A DNA stretch of 64,000 nucleotides from Octopus vulgaris (lineage: Eukaryota): contig OX597819.1 of assembly GCA_951406725.2 (NCBI GenBank), positions 105,400,001 to 105,464,000 on the forward strand, written 5' to 3'. The notes beneath the pieces are model-generated. The model did not search any database. It was not told the DNA's origin and saw nothing but the letters and a program-made list of their open reading frames with translations. Both the position numbers and the translations under genes were made by a program. This document shows, one piece after another, positions 1 through 14,971 of the stretch (the first letter of the stretch is position 1; each line of letters begins with the position of its first letter).

Positions 1-25
1 TGTGACATCCTATTTAGACGAGATA

Positions 26-175
<150 letters not shown>

Positions 176-293
176 TGCATAAACCAAGGGAAAATTCGCT
201 TAGTTTTTTGAATATTGCACAAATCAAGTGCTCGACTGATAAATTATTTTAAAGACCATGAAACGATAAAAAACAAAGCTGACCTTGGCAGTG

Positions 294-1511
294 CAAGGCA
301 TTCGGGCGAAATTTACAATTTGCATAAAAAGAAAAGAAAATACAACATCCCATCCAAAAATAAAAATTACTGTAAAAGAAAATATCAACGAATCACAGCT
401 AAATTATAGCTGGGAGGTGACAGTTTACTCAAAGTAGCCGTCTTCAGCCTTTGGCGCATGCGTTCCTCACTGTGTCCCTGAGAAGATCTTCGAACACTCC
501 CTTGATCATGTCCACTAGTTCGGCCTTGGTGTTTGCAGGCAGAACGGTTGGTGACTTTCTCAACTGCATCTCACACATAGTAATCCATGGGTTTAGAATT
601 GGGGGATGCCAGAAATTGGGGTTGTTGAAGTCGTAGAAATTCTCCGACAGCCACTTCTAACTCTTACCGGAGGTATGGCAAAGAGCCGAATCCTGCTGCA
701 ACACATATGGCTTTCCAGCAATAACCCTCTCCAGGTGGGGATTTACCACAGTCTCCAGAAGCTTCACATAACCGTCTGAATTGAGCTTAAGGCCCTGTTC
801 AAAGATGTGGGACGGCATGACATTACCCTCACTACCAGTGACCAAATACCATGATATGTAGGACATCCCATGGATTGTAGACAAGCCATCTGTTATTCTG
901 GATGTTGTGCAACTGGCCCTAGCAGAAGTTCTTTTCTTTTGAGAAGAACCAGGTCATTGCAGACTCAACAGGATATCTCAGCTTATTCAGAAGCCTATTT
1001 ACCTTCGTCAAGCAGTTCTCTTTGGCCTTGGTTGTCAGAATTTGTCCCTTGCAACCACTTGTACGAGAGGCGGCGAAGATTCTCATCATGACGACTCCAA
1101 CATCTATCTCTCTCGCCAAAGTTCGGATTCCTTTGCTCAGATCTTCTATCACATTGTTGTGAAGTTGTTGAATGAATCCTGGCGTGCGGACGCAGCCAGA
1201 GCACCTGTTGGCCACAACTTCGTTGTCTCCGTTGCAATTGTCCATATAACGTCTTACAATCTTTACAGTGTTCATAGAGCATCGGGCAGAAATCAGGCTG
1301 TAGGCAATTTGATACTCGGTGCGAATCATCTTGATGCATGTCACTCTTTTATAATACTCAGATGGCTTCTAGTCTTCCATGTCAGCTAAACTTTTCTTAG
1401 CTACAACTTTAATCTTTATGCTCTCAAGCGCTGTTGACTATTCAGCAATATATCAAGCTGTTTCTAAGAAAGGAGATATAAAAGATCGTCAAATTTTGAC
1501 TGAGTACCCTG
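294..1511 (-). mobile_element. Decayed Tc1/mariner-superfamily transposon, maT/DD37D-like
   Basis: Minus-strand fragments SEGNVMPSHIFEQGLKLNSDGYVKLLETVV...QQDSALCHTSGKS and a W.P..P..NP.DYYV-type motif, with many stops and frameshifts. Degenerate TIRs CAGGGTACTCAGTCAAAATTT (1511) and CAAGGCATTCGGGCGAAATTT (294). Confidence 0.75.
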
Positions 1512-1619
1512 AATTTGAACTAAATACGTAAAGGGCCGTAGCCTAGCATTTTGTCCAGCGCCCTAACAATTCGGTCAATATGAAAAAGAAAAAAATGATT
1601 TGCAAATAAACCGGTAACA

Positions 1620-2021
1620 AACCCTTTTCTACTCAAGACACAAGGCCCGAAATTTTTGGGGAGGGGCCAATCGATTAGATCGACCCCAATACTCTACTGG
1701 TACTTAATTTATCGACCCCGAAATAATGAAAGGCAAAGTCGACCTCGGCGGAGTTTGATTTCAGAACATAAAGACAGACGAAATACCTATTTCTTTACTA
1801 CCCACAAGGAGCTAAACACAGAGAGGACAAACAAGGACAGACAAACGGATTAAGTCGATTATATCGACCCCAGTGCATAACTGGTACTTATTTAATCGAC
1901 CCCGAAAGGATGAAAGGCAAAGTCGACCTCGGCGGAATTTGAACTCAGAACGTAACGTCAGACGAAATACTGCTAAGTATTTCGCCCGGCGTACTAACGT
2001 TTCTGCCAGCTCGCCGCCTTA
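1620..2021 (-). mobile_element. SINE with MetaSINE-like core (dimeric)
   Basis: GAGTTCAAATTCC B-box and GCCTTTCATCCTTTCGGGGTCGATAAA.AAGTACC core. More decayed copies at about 2320-2510, 10670-10870, 11560-11960, 32930-33330, 33780-33970, 48905-49095 and 61060-61270. Confidence 0.85.
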
Positions 2022-2736
2022 AACCGGTAATAAACTCTGTCCTATTGATGAAGTTGACTGAATGGAAACTTCAACCAATGAAAATAAATGAAGTCTTCTA
2101 AATGAAAGAAAATCCTGTATATTCAGTCAAATAATTCATATAACTATGTAGTTGTTTTTACTATATTTACATTCACAAACCACAAGATGCCAACTAAAGT
2201 GTCTTTACTTTCAATACTATTCCTTATCAGAAATTGTTTAAAAAGAAAAATCAAATATTTATTTGGATTTATAATTATGTTTACATTGTAAGTACAAATG
2301 AAAATAAGTGAAAACATCCTTTCTGCTATAGGCGTAAGACCTGGAATTTTATGGGGAGTGGGCTAGTCGATTCAGTCGATATCAGTACTCGCCTAAGACT
2401 TATTTTATCGATCCCCCGAAAGGATGAAAAGCGAAGTCGAGCTCGCCGGAGCCAGAAGAAATGCCGCTAAGCATTTCGTCCGACGCGCTAACGATTCTGC
2501 CAGTTCGCCCTCTGCAGTTTATCATAATGTTTAAATTTTCTTTCTGAAGTTAATATTTAAATGAAACAAAACCATAAGAAAATTGAATACCGCGGCGTCT
2601 AAAACCTCTACTGCTTCTCTGTCCCCAGTAGTAATATAAAAATTTCCACCGACTATATCAGATATTCACTTAAAATTGAATGGTGCTACGGTAAGTATTA
2701 CGGGTGTGCATAATAAAATGGTGGTGGTAGTAGTGG

Positions 2737-3152
2737 AAGGCGGCGAGTTGGCAGAAACGTTAGCACGCCGGATGAAATGCTTAGCGGTATTTCGTCTGTC
2801 GTTACGTTGTGAGTTCAAATTCCGCCGAGGTTGGCTTTGCCTTTCATCCTTTCGGGGTCGATAAATTAAGTACCAGTTCCGCACTGGGGTCGATGTAATC
2901 GACTTAATACCTATGTCTGTCCTTGTTTGTCCCCTCTGTGTTTAGCCCATTGTGGGTAATAAAGAAATAGGTATTTCGTCTGTCGTTACGTTGTGAGTTC
3001 AAATTCCGCCGAGGTTGACTTTGCCTTTCATGCTTTCGGTGTCGATAAATTAAGTACCAGTTCCGCACTGGGGTCGATGTAATCGACTTAATACCTATGT
3101 CTGTCCTTGTTTGTCCACTCTATGTTTAGCTCCTTGTGGGTAATAAAGAAAC
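2737..3152 (+). mobile_element. MetaSINE-like SINE with internal tandem duplication
   Basis: Two near-identical units, about 2786-2970 and 2971-3152. Confidence 0.85.
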
Positions 3153-3968
3153 AGGTAGTAGTGGTTGGTGCAGCGCGTTGAATAGATGCAATGGGATGTT
3201 TAAAAAAAATATTAGTAAGAGAAAGAAAGCGATAATTAAAAATGTTTGAGAAGCACTGCAGCAGACGCCAACATTGATTCGTTTTCAATTTAGTTTGAAG
3301 CAGGACGGTACTGGTGGCAATCGAATTGGATAAGGGATTCAACGTGACATTGTAAAGTACCTCTATGATGATTTGGAACGTCCGAAGTATTGAACTCAAA
3401 AGTAAGGGCCATCGAAACAGACCTCACTTCTACAGCAGCCCCACAACATACATAGGTCAGCCATTACAGCCGTTGGTATCTACTTATAGCTATGGGAGAC
3501 CAACGAAGACACCTTTATGTGATTGCTCGATCAGTTAGAATTAGCAGCCAAATCTTCTTCAGACCAATGATCAGAGTCGCTCTTCATTACAGTCTATTAT
3601 TAATTCATTTTAATCAGCTTAAATTCTGGATTTATCATCCCTGCCTTCGCTAATTAGAATTAACCACCAAATATTTGATATTTATTTTTTCCTCTCCTCA
3701 TTATGGATTTTATTAAGATTATTTAAAATGTCTCGACTTAATGCATTAAGCATGTAAACGCCTACCTTTTTGTTAATTTTTATGCAGCAGAAGTCCTTAC
3801 AAATTTTACTTCAATCATTTCAGTATGTCGTCAGTTGATAGGATGAGAATTGAAGGTAGAATCTAACTCGTTTCTTTACAATGTAAAACTTTTAGTTTGA
3901 TTTGTCTCTCTCTGTCTTTACATCTTTCTGTCTCTTGTCCAAATGTCATTTATAAGAACCTAATGTAA

Positions 3969-4054
<86 letters not shown>

Positions 4055-4748
4055 TTATCTGTCTGTCTGTCTGATTTGCTTTTAACCTCTGAACTCGAAG
4101 TAGATAAAGCTATAAATAATAGCGTATAAATATTGGGATATAGAAGGATAAGCGCTGTCCGTGGGACACAAACCCACATCTTCTATAAACATTTTATAGT
4201 CTTATCAACTTCAAGATCAACCGTTAAAACGAATTATTTCACGTTCTCTTGAAGTTTCTAATTTCTTATGACTTGTATGGTTGTATGTATGTATGTATGT
4301 ATGTACTCATACAAATGCTTATATAAAACTAACTCCGCAAACTATCATTTGGATCAATATCAAATTATAATAAAACTTTGAAAATTAAAACTTAAATGTA
4401 TTATAACGATTGTGTTGCTTTCATTATTCACTCTAAGAATTATCATTATTTTTTTTCCCTTCACTGCAATCAGCTCCGTTCTCATTTCCTGTCTTTGCAT
4501 ATTAAACTTAGATTCACTTCTAAGTCATTTCTGTCCGCTAGTCTAACTTCCACTTTCGTGACAATATTGTTTTAACAATTAGAACTTTTAAGAAGTAAGG
4601 AAATAACAAACCAACTAACTTTTCATGTCTCACTATTTTATAATCTGTGGTTTTTCCTGTGTTGAAACGCTATTAAATGCTTTAAAGATTTCTTGATTTT
4701 ATTTTTCGATATTTTCTTATGAATATTTAAGAGATAGGCACTCTTACG

Positions 4749-5167
4749 TAGGCATAGGAGTGGCTGTATGGTAAGTAGCTTGCTCACCAACCACATGGTT
4801 CCGGGTTCAGTCCCACTGCGTGGCACCTTGGGCATGTGCCTTCTACTATAGCCTAGGGCCGACCAAAGCCTTGTGAGTGGATTTGGTAAACGGAAACTGA
4901 AAGAAGCCCATCGTATATATGTATGTATATATATATATATATATATGTATGCGTGTGTATATGTTTGTGTGACTGTGTTTGTCCGCCCAACATCGCTTGA
5001 CAACCGATGTTGGTGTGTTTACGTCCTCGTAACTTAGCGGGTCGGCGAAAGAGACCGATAAAATAAGTACTAGGCTTACAAAGAATAAGTCCTGGGGTTG
5101 ATTTGCTCGACTAAAAGGCGGTGCTCCAGCATGGCCACAGTCAAATGACTGAAACAAGTAAAAGAGT
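4749..5167 (+). mobile_element. tRNA-derived SINE with CORE-like segment and internal (TA)/(TG) microsatellite
   Basis: A-box TGGCTGTATGG, B-box GGTTCAGTCCC and CCTTGGGCA.GT. Other copies at about 10978-11250, 12935-13280, 50405-50560 and 54760-54965. Confidence 0.85.
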
Positions 5168-5445
5168 AGAGTTATTTTACTTAACTTGTTTCTCATTCAT
5201 ATTTCAGTATTTTGCGTTTCGATCTTATTTTTTTTAAAAAGGAGACATTGAATAATGATGTCCTTAATACATACATAATTACATACATACGTACATACAT
5301 ACAGGTACACACAGACTCACTCACATGCGCGCGCGCACACGCACACACACACACACACACCTTCCTTGGGCTGTCAACTCCTCTATGGATTAGTAAGGGC
5401 GTCGTGGTTGCATACGGCAAATTGGTTATTTTTGACCACAACTAA

Positions 5446-5533
5446 TTTCTTCTTCTTCTTCTTCTTCTTCTTCTTCTTCTTCTTCTTCTTCTTCTTCTTC
5501 TTCTTCTTCTTCTTCTTCTTCTTCTTCTTCTTC
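5446..5533. repeat. (TTC)n microsatellite; a longer one lies at 60898-61056
   Basis: Direct reading. Confidence 0.98.
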
Positions 5534-6257
5534 TAAGACGTTGATAACCTCTTGAACACTCCACCCTGGATCTAGAGGGACATCTGGGATATGCCACCTC
5601 AAGAAGAGAGAGAGGGGGAGACAAAGAGAGAGAGAGGAGCGAGAGAGAGATAGAGATAGATAGATAGATAGATAGATATATAGCTAGATAGAGAGAGAGA
5701 GGGCGGTACCAACACTAGGCTGGTACTGAATGTGATGGAGCAACGTGATAGGAAATACCTTGATCAGGGACACTGCGCACCACCCATTGTGAGTATCGAA
5801 ACCTTGATATAACGATCTCTAAGCCCAATCCTTTAACCTTTAGAGCAACAAATCACTAGTAAAGCTTTAAAAAATAGAAAAAGTTCATGAACTCATCTAT
5901 AAATACACGTGAGCCCTCTCACATGATTGGAAACGAAATCGCTAGAAAGAAAAACCAGAGCATGCGTTGAATTGCTGCAGTTTTGGGATGCAGAGGTCGG
6001 TATGTACGATGCCATGGAAAGTGTTTCTAAGAGAATAGCGACCAAAATATAAGTAATGTATGAAATATTTTACTGAAGTATTGGTGTAATTTTTTTAAGC
6101 CTGTAAATTTTTGCTACCACTGTCTGCTCGCTCATGTGTGTACGCGCGCGTTAATTTTATTAATCTTATAAGGGTATTTTTCAAATAGTTATGGGGCAAA
6201 CCTTGTTTGTGTATGTGTACAGGGTTCGGCATAAAGTCATAAGCTTATGTATATATG

Positions 6258-6404
<147 letters not shown>

Positions 6405-6651
6405 GCGCCCTTTTTAAAGCCTAGCCAGGCTTATGGGCCCGGTTTCCCGTTTTCAATGGCGTATGTGTTCCCCAGCTAGACAGGACGCAAGTCCATCGCA
6501 GCGTTACTCATTTTTGCCAGCTGAGTGGACTGGAGCAACGTGAATTGAAGTGTTTTGCTCAAGAACACAACTCGTTGCCCGGTCCAGGAATCGAAACCAC
6601 AATCTTACGACCATGATGCTGACACCCTAACCACTAATCCACGCGCCTCCA

Positions 6652-6652
<1 letters not shown>
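6405..6652 (-). mobile_element. tRNA-derived SINE with V-domain-like 3' part; related copy at about 29720-29930 (-) and related head at 28064-28370 (+)
   Basis: Head GCGCGTGGATTAGTGGTTAGG...GTTTCGATTCC, then CTGCGATGGAC..GCGTCCTGTC and GGAAACCGGG. Confidence 0.7.
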
Positions 6653-7928
<1,276 letters not shown>

Positions 7929-7972
7929 TTTCTTCCTTATACATACACACACTCACAGAAAGAGAAATAAGT

Positions 7973-8033
<61 letters not shown>

Positions 8034-8549
8034 AAGAATCGATCCTCAGTATTCTTTATTTTCGAACAACAAAGGATTAATAGTAAAGTGGACTTTGGTA
8101 GGGATTGAACTCAGAGCTGGAACGAGTATCACAAAGGACTCTGCAAACACGCCAACACGCAGCTCAATGGAACATTCTAGAAATGGTTAGGTGAGAGTAA
8201 ATGTTAGGCGAGTAGAGACGTTAGACGTGAAGTAGAAGTGATAGTGTAAGGCAGTGTGTAGGTGGACCAGTATACGCAGCACTTTAGTGAAATTGTGTAT
8301 GTTTGTGAAGCGCTTTTGTGAAAATATGTTTGTAGAAGCGTAATAAGAGACGTTTCCTAGACGTGTAAACAGTATTTTAAAGTAAGTCTAACTTGTTCAT
8401 TATAGAAGAATATGAACTTTTAAGTAAAGAAATATTTTCTAACCCCAACGAAGTTCAAACTCTGTATTGCACTTTTGTCCTTCTGTCTAACGATATGTTT
8501 AAATTAGGCGAGTTATCACGTGTGAATTATCTCTGGTGGTATTTAGTCG

Positions 8550-8700
8550 TAGACATATGATCAAAGACATTCTGTCCGTGCCGTGCCTGTCTCATCTTAT
8601 TTTCAGATACAGTGTATTCATGACTATTCCCTTTTTAAAAGACGGTAGGATGTAATTTGAGAGAGATTTGGTTGCTATTTCTTGCAAATCTAGCAATGCT
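8550..8700 (+). repeat. Unclassified dispersed repeat (also about 3510-3560, 10325-10400, 11710-11850, 21190-21350, 30350-30500)
   Basis: Recurring TGATCAAAG.CATTC...TTTTAAAAGACGGTAGG.TG.AATTTGAGAGAGATTTGG.TGCTATTTCT. Confidence 0.55.
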
Positions 8701-8962
8701 AAACAGGAGTTGACTGACCTGTTCCTTCGTTGCAAGTGTGTGTGGGGGTTAGTTGTGTACAAGGGGATTAGATGGCTTTCATTCTCCCCATTTTGTTGCT
8801 CTTACTTCATATCCACATCGTGATATCTTGAACTTTCTAAACACTTTTCATACTACTATTATTAGATGAAAATAGGAATATTGTAAATCCAGTCGAATTT
8901 TTAATTCATAAGGATTGTGAATCAAACAATAAATACAATTCTTTTAAATATTTTGCAAACAC

Positions 8963-9001
8963 TTTAATTATTATTGTTATTATAATCAATTGTAGTTTAT
9001 T
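8963..9001 (-). terminator. Candidate polyadenylation signals of gene A (AATAAA 9001-8996; ATTAAA 8968-8963)
   Basis: Hexamers on the minus strand about 320-350 nt after the stop codon. AT-rich context, so chance matches are possible. Confidence 0.45.
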
Positions 9002-9318
9002 TTCAAAGTTGCATAAATGTAAATGAGACAGAATCAGCGTAATATAGAAGAAAGGTATAAATATACCTTTAGAATACTAATCCATTGAGCTTGTCTTCCT
9101 AGAAACAGCTCAGCTATCATTTTCACAAAAAAATACATTTGATATTTTTTGTCCTATTCTTCCTCCTCTTATTGTCATCGTCTTCGTTGTTGTTGTTGTC
9201 GTCATTGTTGGTGTTGTTATTATTGCTATTATTGTTATTAGTGTTGCTTTCTTTAATACTTGTACGGTCCTGCTAAAAACTGATTGTTTAAAGGATATTT
9301 AAGTCATATTGTAAAGAC

Positions 9319-9515
9319 TTAACGCCGCATGCGTCCACCACAGCTTGTCTTGGCCGACCATTCGCAGGACTTACTGTGTGTAGAGAAGGCAGTGCCAGCT
9401 GGACATCGGTGTCTTGGTCCTAAACGTCCATAGTGGCAGTAATAGAAATGGTAACAACTGGATGGATCAGGAACAACGTCGTCTTTCACATCTTGACACA
9501 TCGGGTCTTCGTCAG
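9319..9515 (-). CDS. Gene A exon 3 (terminal): chitin-binding type-2 domain 3
   Basis: Acceptor ttttctaatttaaag|, phase 1. Reads PDEDPMCQDVKDDVVPDPSSCYHFYYCHYGRLGPRHRCPAGTAFSTHSKSCEWSAKTSCGGRMRR* (C-x13-C-x5-C-x10-C-x12-C-x7-C). The three exons join in frame to 681 nt (226 aa + stop). Confidence 0.9.
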
Positions 9516-11033
9516 CTTTAAATTAGAAAAGAAATTGCAATCAATCAAAATTATTTTAATCGAATTAACAATAAGCTAACAGATTTAATGATCACTGTCA
9601 AGTCGTAGACAGCTCTTAAGGATCTTAAAGTATTCTGTATCTCCAGAATTTTAGATTTTAAAAAAGTCCCTGAGATGGGTTTCCATAACCATCTCAAGGA
9701 GGATTTGAATTCAACATAATAAGTTATATAAATGCTTGGTGACTTTGTACTGTGAACCCGTTGATTATAGCTCTCTGCTTATAATTAGACAGGCTGAATT
9801 AGAGAATGTCAAGTACTTGGTCAGTGACCCAGAAAATTACACATGTTGGCCATGAATACAGAGCAGCCTTCGTAGCAGGATGCGGAATATCTTCACATCT
9901 TCAGTCAAGATGGATGTTGATTCTCTGTCTACTCCAGCTAGCTGTGAGTTTGTCGAAAAACCACACATTTTGAATGACCTCCGAGTGTCACAGAATATCA
10001 AACTCTGAAATGAAGATCTATCTTAAGTTAATCCCAATTCTAACGCCTCCTAACACTAACCTAAACTCATGCAACTGTAATAAATTCAATCATAGCCTTC
10101 TTGGGGACTAAAGACTGCAGCAACTAAAGGTCACCGCCTTTATAAATTCAGATAGAAAAGATATAGTTCTATGATTATCTCTAACGTAATACTTCTTAAT
10201 TAATCAGTGGATTAATTATCTAACAAGAAATATTCTTTTATAGAAAGGACATGTAAAATGTACTTAAAGTTTAGGAAAAGACGATTTTATTTTATCCGGT
10301 GAGACTCATAGACCAATGAGGGAGCCTCTACGTGGTCGCTTGATTTACTAGAAATAGCAGCTAAATTTCCATAAAAAGATCACATTCCGCCGTCTAAAAA
10401 TAGACTGGATGACCAAGCTTGTACAAATTTGAACACAATTTTGCTAAGCCAGAAATGTCCCGAGACTAAACAACTACTTGTATTTTTCATATGTCGTAGA
10501 TCCTCTGAGTATCTGCACCTGGAATGGTACTCTCCAAGGAGCAGGTGTAAGCAAGGTATTTTGCGAAGACCAACAGTTTCCCATGCATGTCTCCACCTCT
10601 CCACGTCACTGATGTTGTTTAAAGGAGAGGTAAGGTGACACAACTTCGGGCCAGTATCGTCGCAGGCGTTAGAATCAGAAGGCGGAGAACTGTATCAAAC
10701 ACTGCCCTTCAGTGTTTGATATGCTCTCTGCCGCTCTGAATTCAAATGCCATCGAGGCGAACTTTTCCTTTCATCCCTCTGGGGTCAATAAAATAAAGTA
10801 CCAGTCTTGTACTGGGGTCAATGATATCGATTAACAACCTCCCTAAATTTCTTGGCCTTGTTCCTAAATCATCAAACACGACAATTTCAATCCTTATAGT
10901 GTCCCACCTCGTATGAGAAACACTGCATGCGACACCAAAATTATTCCACTAGTTCACTGCTCTGGGTTAGTACGTTTTGTGGCTGTGTGGTAAGAAGCTT
11001 GCTTTCCAACCACATGGCTCCGGGTTCAGTCCA

Positions 11034-11068
<35 letters not shown>

Positions 11069-12239
11069 TTGTCTTCCACCACCGGTGTTAGTGTGTTTAC
11101 ATCCCCATAACTTAGTGATTCGGTAAAAAATTGCCGATAAAATATACCAGGCTTAAACAAGTACTGAGGTTGGTTCGATCTACGAAAAGTTCTTGAAGGC
11201 AGTGCCCCAACATGACCGCAGTCTAATGACTGAAACAAATAAAAGATAAATTTTGAAAGGCAGAGCTGATCTCAGCGGGATTTGAACTAAGGAAATCAGA
11301 ACAAATATTGTAAGTTATTAACTGAAACTGTAACGACTCTCTTAATTAGCTACCTGGGCCTAAGCAACAGTCTCAAAATTTTATTAAATTAATTAATTAA
11401 TAAAATGTATGTAATGTGTTGTTAATATGATTATAGTTTGTCGGATTATCATTAATTTCACCTTCTAGGATAAAGCGTTCCTGTTAACTTCCCCATCTAT
11501 AAAGGTGATTAATCGGTAGAATCAGTAGGGTAACGCCAAAAATATATTTTGGGTGGAGGAGGGGGTTAACAGAAATCGATAGAACAGCGGGAGAAAAGGC
11601 TTTCAGTTTTGAGTTCAAATCCCGCCGAGTTTGAGATTTACATTTCGCCCTCTCGCGGGGTCGATAAAATAAGTACTTGTTGTTGCAGTTGGTGCCTAAT
11701 CCCAAGTCATCTCTGAATGAATAAATCTCTGATCAAAGGCCTTCCTTCCCCGTTATTTTAGATGTAGTATACGTATCTAGGACTATATCATCTAATGTAT
11801 CCTTCCTAATTTTTAAAGGCGGGTAGGGTGTAATTGAGAGAAATTTAGTTAAATTTTGGCATAAGGCCAGCAAGTTTTGAGGAGGGGATAAGTCAATTAC
11901 ATTGACACAAGTGCTCAACTGGTACTTATTTTATCGGCCCCGAAACGATAAAAGGCAAATTAGAAAGAAATTTGACTGCAATCTTTAGCGGGTCAAGCGA
12001 CTGAGTACTGGGGTCGATCAACTCCTTCACTCCGATTTGTAGACATGGGCTTTAGCCAAAAATCTATATTTGCACTATGCTTCGATGGATTTGATCTCTG
12101 ATCGAAACATAAATGCTAAAACATATTTTATCCCTGAAGATAAGGTGCTGCATAGAACGGAAGTACAATAATTGTAAGAAATCTACGCGGGAACAACTTA
12201 GCTCCAATAACTTTTCTTCATTAATATTTGTTTGTTTTT

Positions 12240-12905
12240 AAATGCGGCGATCTGGCAGAAACGTTAGCATGCAGGGCGAAATGCTTAGAGGTACTTCGTC
12301 TGCCGCTACGTTCTGAGTTCAAATTCCGCCGAGGTCGACTTTGCCTTTCATCTTTTCGGGGTCGATAAATAAAGTACCAGTTACGCACTGGTGTCGATGT
12401 AATCGACTTAATCCCTTTGTCTGTCCTTGTTTGTTCCCTCTATGTTTAGCCCCTTGTGGGCAATAAAGAAATAAGAAACGTTAGCACGCAGGAGAAATGC
12501 TTAGAGGTACTTCGTCTGTCTTTACTTTCTGAGTTCAAATTCCGCCGAGGTCGACTTTACCTTTCATCCTTTCTGGGTCGATAAATTAAGTGCCAGTTGT
12601 GTACTGGGGTCGATCTAATCGACTGCCCCACCCCAAAAAAAAAAAACATTTCGGTCTTTGTGCCTAGAGTAGAAAAGAATATTTGTCTTTAAGGCGATGA
12701 GTTGGAAAACCGTTAGCACGCCGGAGAAAATGCTGAACAGCATTCCGTCCGTCTGTAAGTTCTGAGTTCAAATTTCGCTGAGATTGACTTTGCCTTTCAC
12801 CCTTTCAGGCTCGATAAAATAAGTACCAGTTGAGCACTGGGGTCAGTGTAATCGATTTACCCCTGCCCCGGAGTTGCTGGTTTTGTGCCAAAATTTGAAA
12901 TCAAT
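12240..12905 (+). mobile_element. Cluster of three MetaSINE-like SINE units in intron 2 of gene A
   Basis: Repeated head and core motifs at about 12243, 12475 and 12692. Confidence 0.85.
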
Positions 12906-13713
12906 ATTTGCTTATCTTTTAAATTTTGACCCATGGCATAAGCACAGCCGCGTGGTTATGAAGCTCGCCTTGTATTCACGTGGTTTCGATACCCAGGGTA
13001 AGTGTTTCTTACGAGACTTGCCCTAGGTGTTTTGTACTATAGTTGCGGGTGGTCAACGCTTTGTGAGTGGATTTGAAAGACAGGAACTGTGCGGCAGCTC
13101 GTTGTATGCACGCACACACATGCGTGCGCGCACATACGCATATGGGGATATGTGTATGTCTTGTGTTTGCGTTTGTTACCCCAATGCTCGACAATTGATA
13201 CTGGTTGATTTGTTTGTTTGTCTCGAAACCCTTCAAGGCAGAGCTCCAGTTTGACATATAACCGAAAGAAGTCAAATGAATGAATCAATATGTGAATAAA
13301 TAAATAAATAATAAAAGAATAATTAAATTATCTTGGCAGCTCTTTTCCTTTTGGGAAGACGAAACACCCAAACCCAAATGAATAGGGTAATGTGCGAAAC
13401 AACCAACCAATGAATTAACTACGGATCAGCGTGTTAAATAGAGACAACGCCTTTTCGATTTTACCTGCTGGTACCATGAGAAAAGTTTCTGTTCTGTAAG
13501 AGGCAAGATTCTCCGTTAACCATTTACTCGATTTGAAGAGAAATCGTGACAGTTATGTTGTGTTAAAACGTCAGTGAAGTTATTGAGAAGAAACCCTCCT
13601 AAATCACCTGGATTTAGAAGTCGTTTAAATAAGTATCTGTAAAATACTCGGTTATTTCAATGTAGTTGAAGTTATTAAACAGAGATCAAAATGAAGTGGA
13701 ACTGAAGACTTAC

Positions 13714-13920
13714 GGATAAGAATGGTGTCTGGGATCCTTCTATTACCGCAATCATCGGCAACAGCGTGGGCAAATTGACAACTGTCATTCTTTGGGTAGT
13801 ATAGAGTACCGTCTCCACAGCGCTGAAATGCCATCAAAGTGCCATTGGTGCAGGAAATAAATCTGGAGCAGTCATCGGGGTCAACGTTGTTACCATGTTT
13901 CTTTACACAGCGTGGGTCGT
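13714..13920 (-). CDS. Gene A exon 2: chitin-binding type-2 domain 2
   Basis: Acceptor tgttcttcag| and donor C|gtaagt. 207 nt, phase 1-1, open frame DDPRCVKKHGNNVDPDDCSRFISCTNGTLMAFQRCGDGTLYYPKNDSCQFAHAVADDCGNRRIPDTILI (C-x12-C-x5-C-x10-C-x12-C-x9-C). Confidence 0.9.
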
Positions 13921-14054
13921 CTGAAGAACAAATTTAGGATACGATTTTTGTAGATTTACGAAAAATTGACTACGAGTGGTGTCATTGAAATCAGTTCAGT
14001 TCTCCCTCTCTCTCTTTCTATTCTATCTCTCTCGCTCTCGCTCTTCCTGCATCT

Positions 14055-14561
14055 ATACTCTTTTACTCTTTTACTTGTTTCAGTCATTTGACTGCGGCCA
14101 TGCTGGAGCACCGCCTTTAACTCAACCCCGGGACTTATTCTTTTTGTAAGCCCAGTACTTATTCTATCGGTCTCTTTTGCCGAACCGCTAAGTAACGGGA
14201 ACATAAACACACCAGCATCGGCTGTCAAGCAATGCTAGGGGGACAAACACAGACACACAAACATAGACACGCATACATATATATACATATATACGACGGG
14301 CTTCTTTCAGTTTCCGTCTACCAAATCCACTCACAAGGCTTTGGTCGGCCCGAGGCTATAGTAGAAGACACTTGCCCAAGGTGCCACGCAGTGGGACTGA
14401 ACCCGGAACCATGTGGTTGGTAAACAAGCTACTTACCACACAGCCATGCCTGCACCTATCTGTATTTTTTCTATCAACGAGTGTGGTTAAGTAAACTTTA
14501 AAGCCCATTATAAGCAAATTTTACACACACACATATACACATACGCACACACACATACACA

Positions 14562-14605
<44 letters not shown>

Positions 14606-14873
14606 TGGCTGTGTTGTAAGAAGCTTGCATCCCTACTACATGCTTCCCGGTTGAGTCTCGCTGCGTGGCACCTTGACCTAAGTAGATTTGGTAGACGAAA
14701 ACCGAAAGAAGCATGTCGTATATACATACATACATACATACTAATCGACCCTAGGACTTATTCTTTACAAGCCTAGTACTTATTCTATCGTTCTCTTTTG
14801 TCGAACCGCTAAGTTGCGGGGACGTAGACACACCAGCATCGGTTGTCAAACGATGTTGGGGGACTACACAGAC

Positions 14874-14971
<98 letters not shown>

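Noticed and set aside
4749-4830. tRNA-like A/B boxes here and at about 6580-6650 and 28064-28135
   Set aside because: These are SINE heads continuing into multi-copy bodies, with no complete cloverleaf.
9780-10000. ELENVKYLVS, faintly like the RTE RT LE.V..FKYLGS motif
   Set aside because: Too short and decayed to call without a database search.
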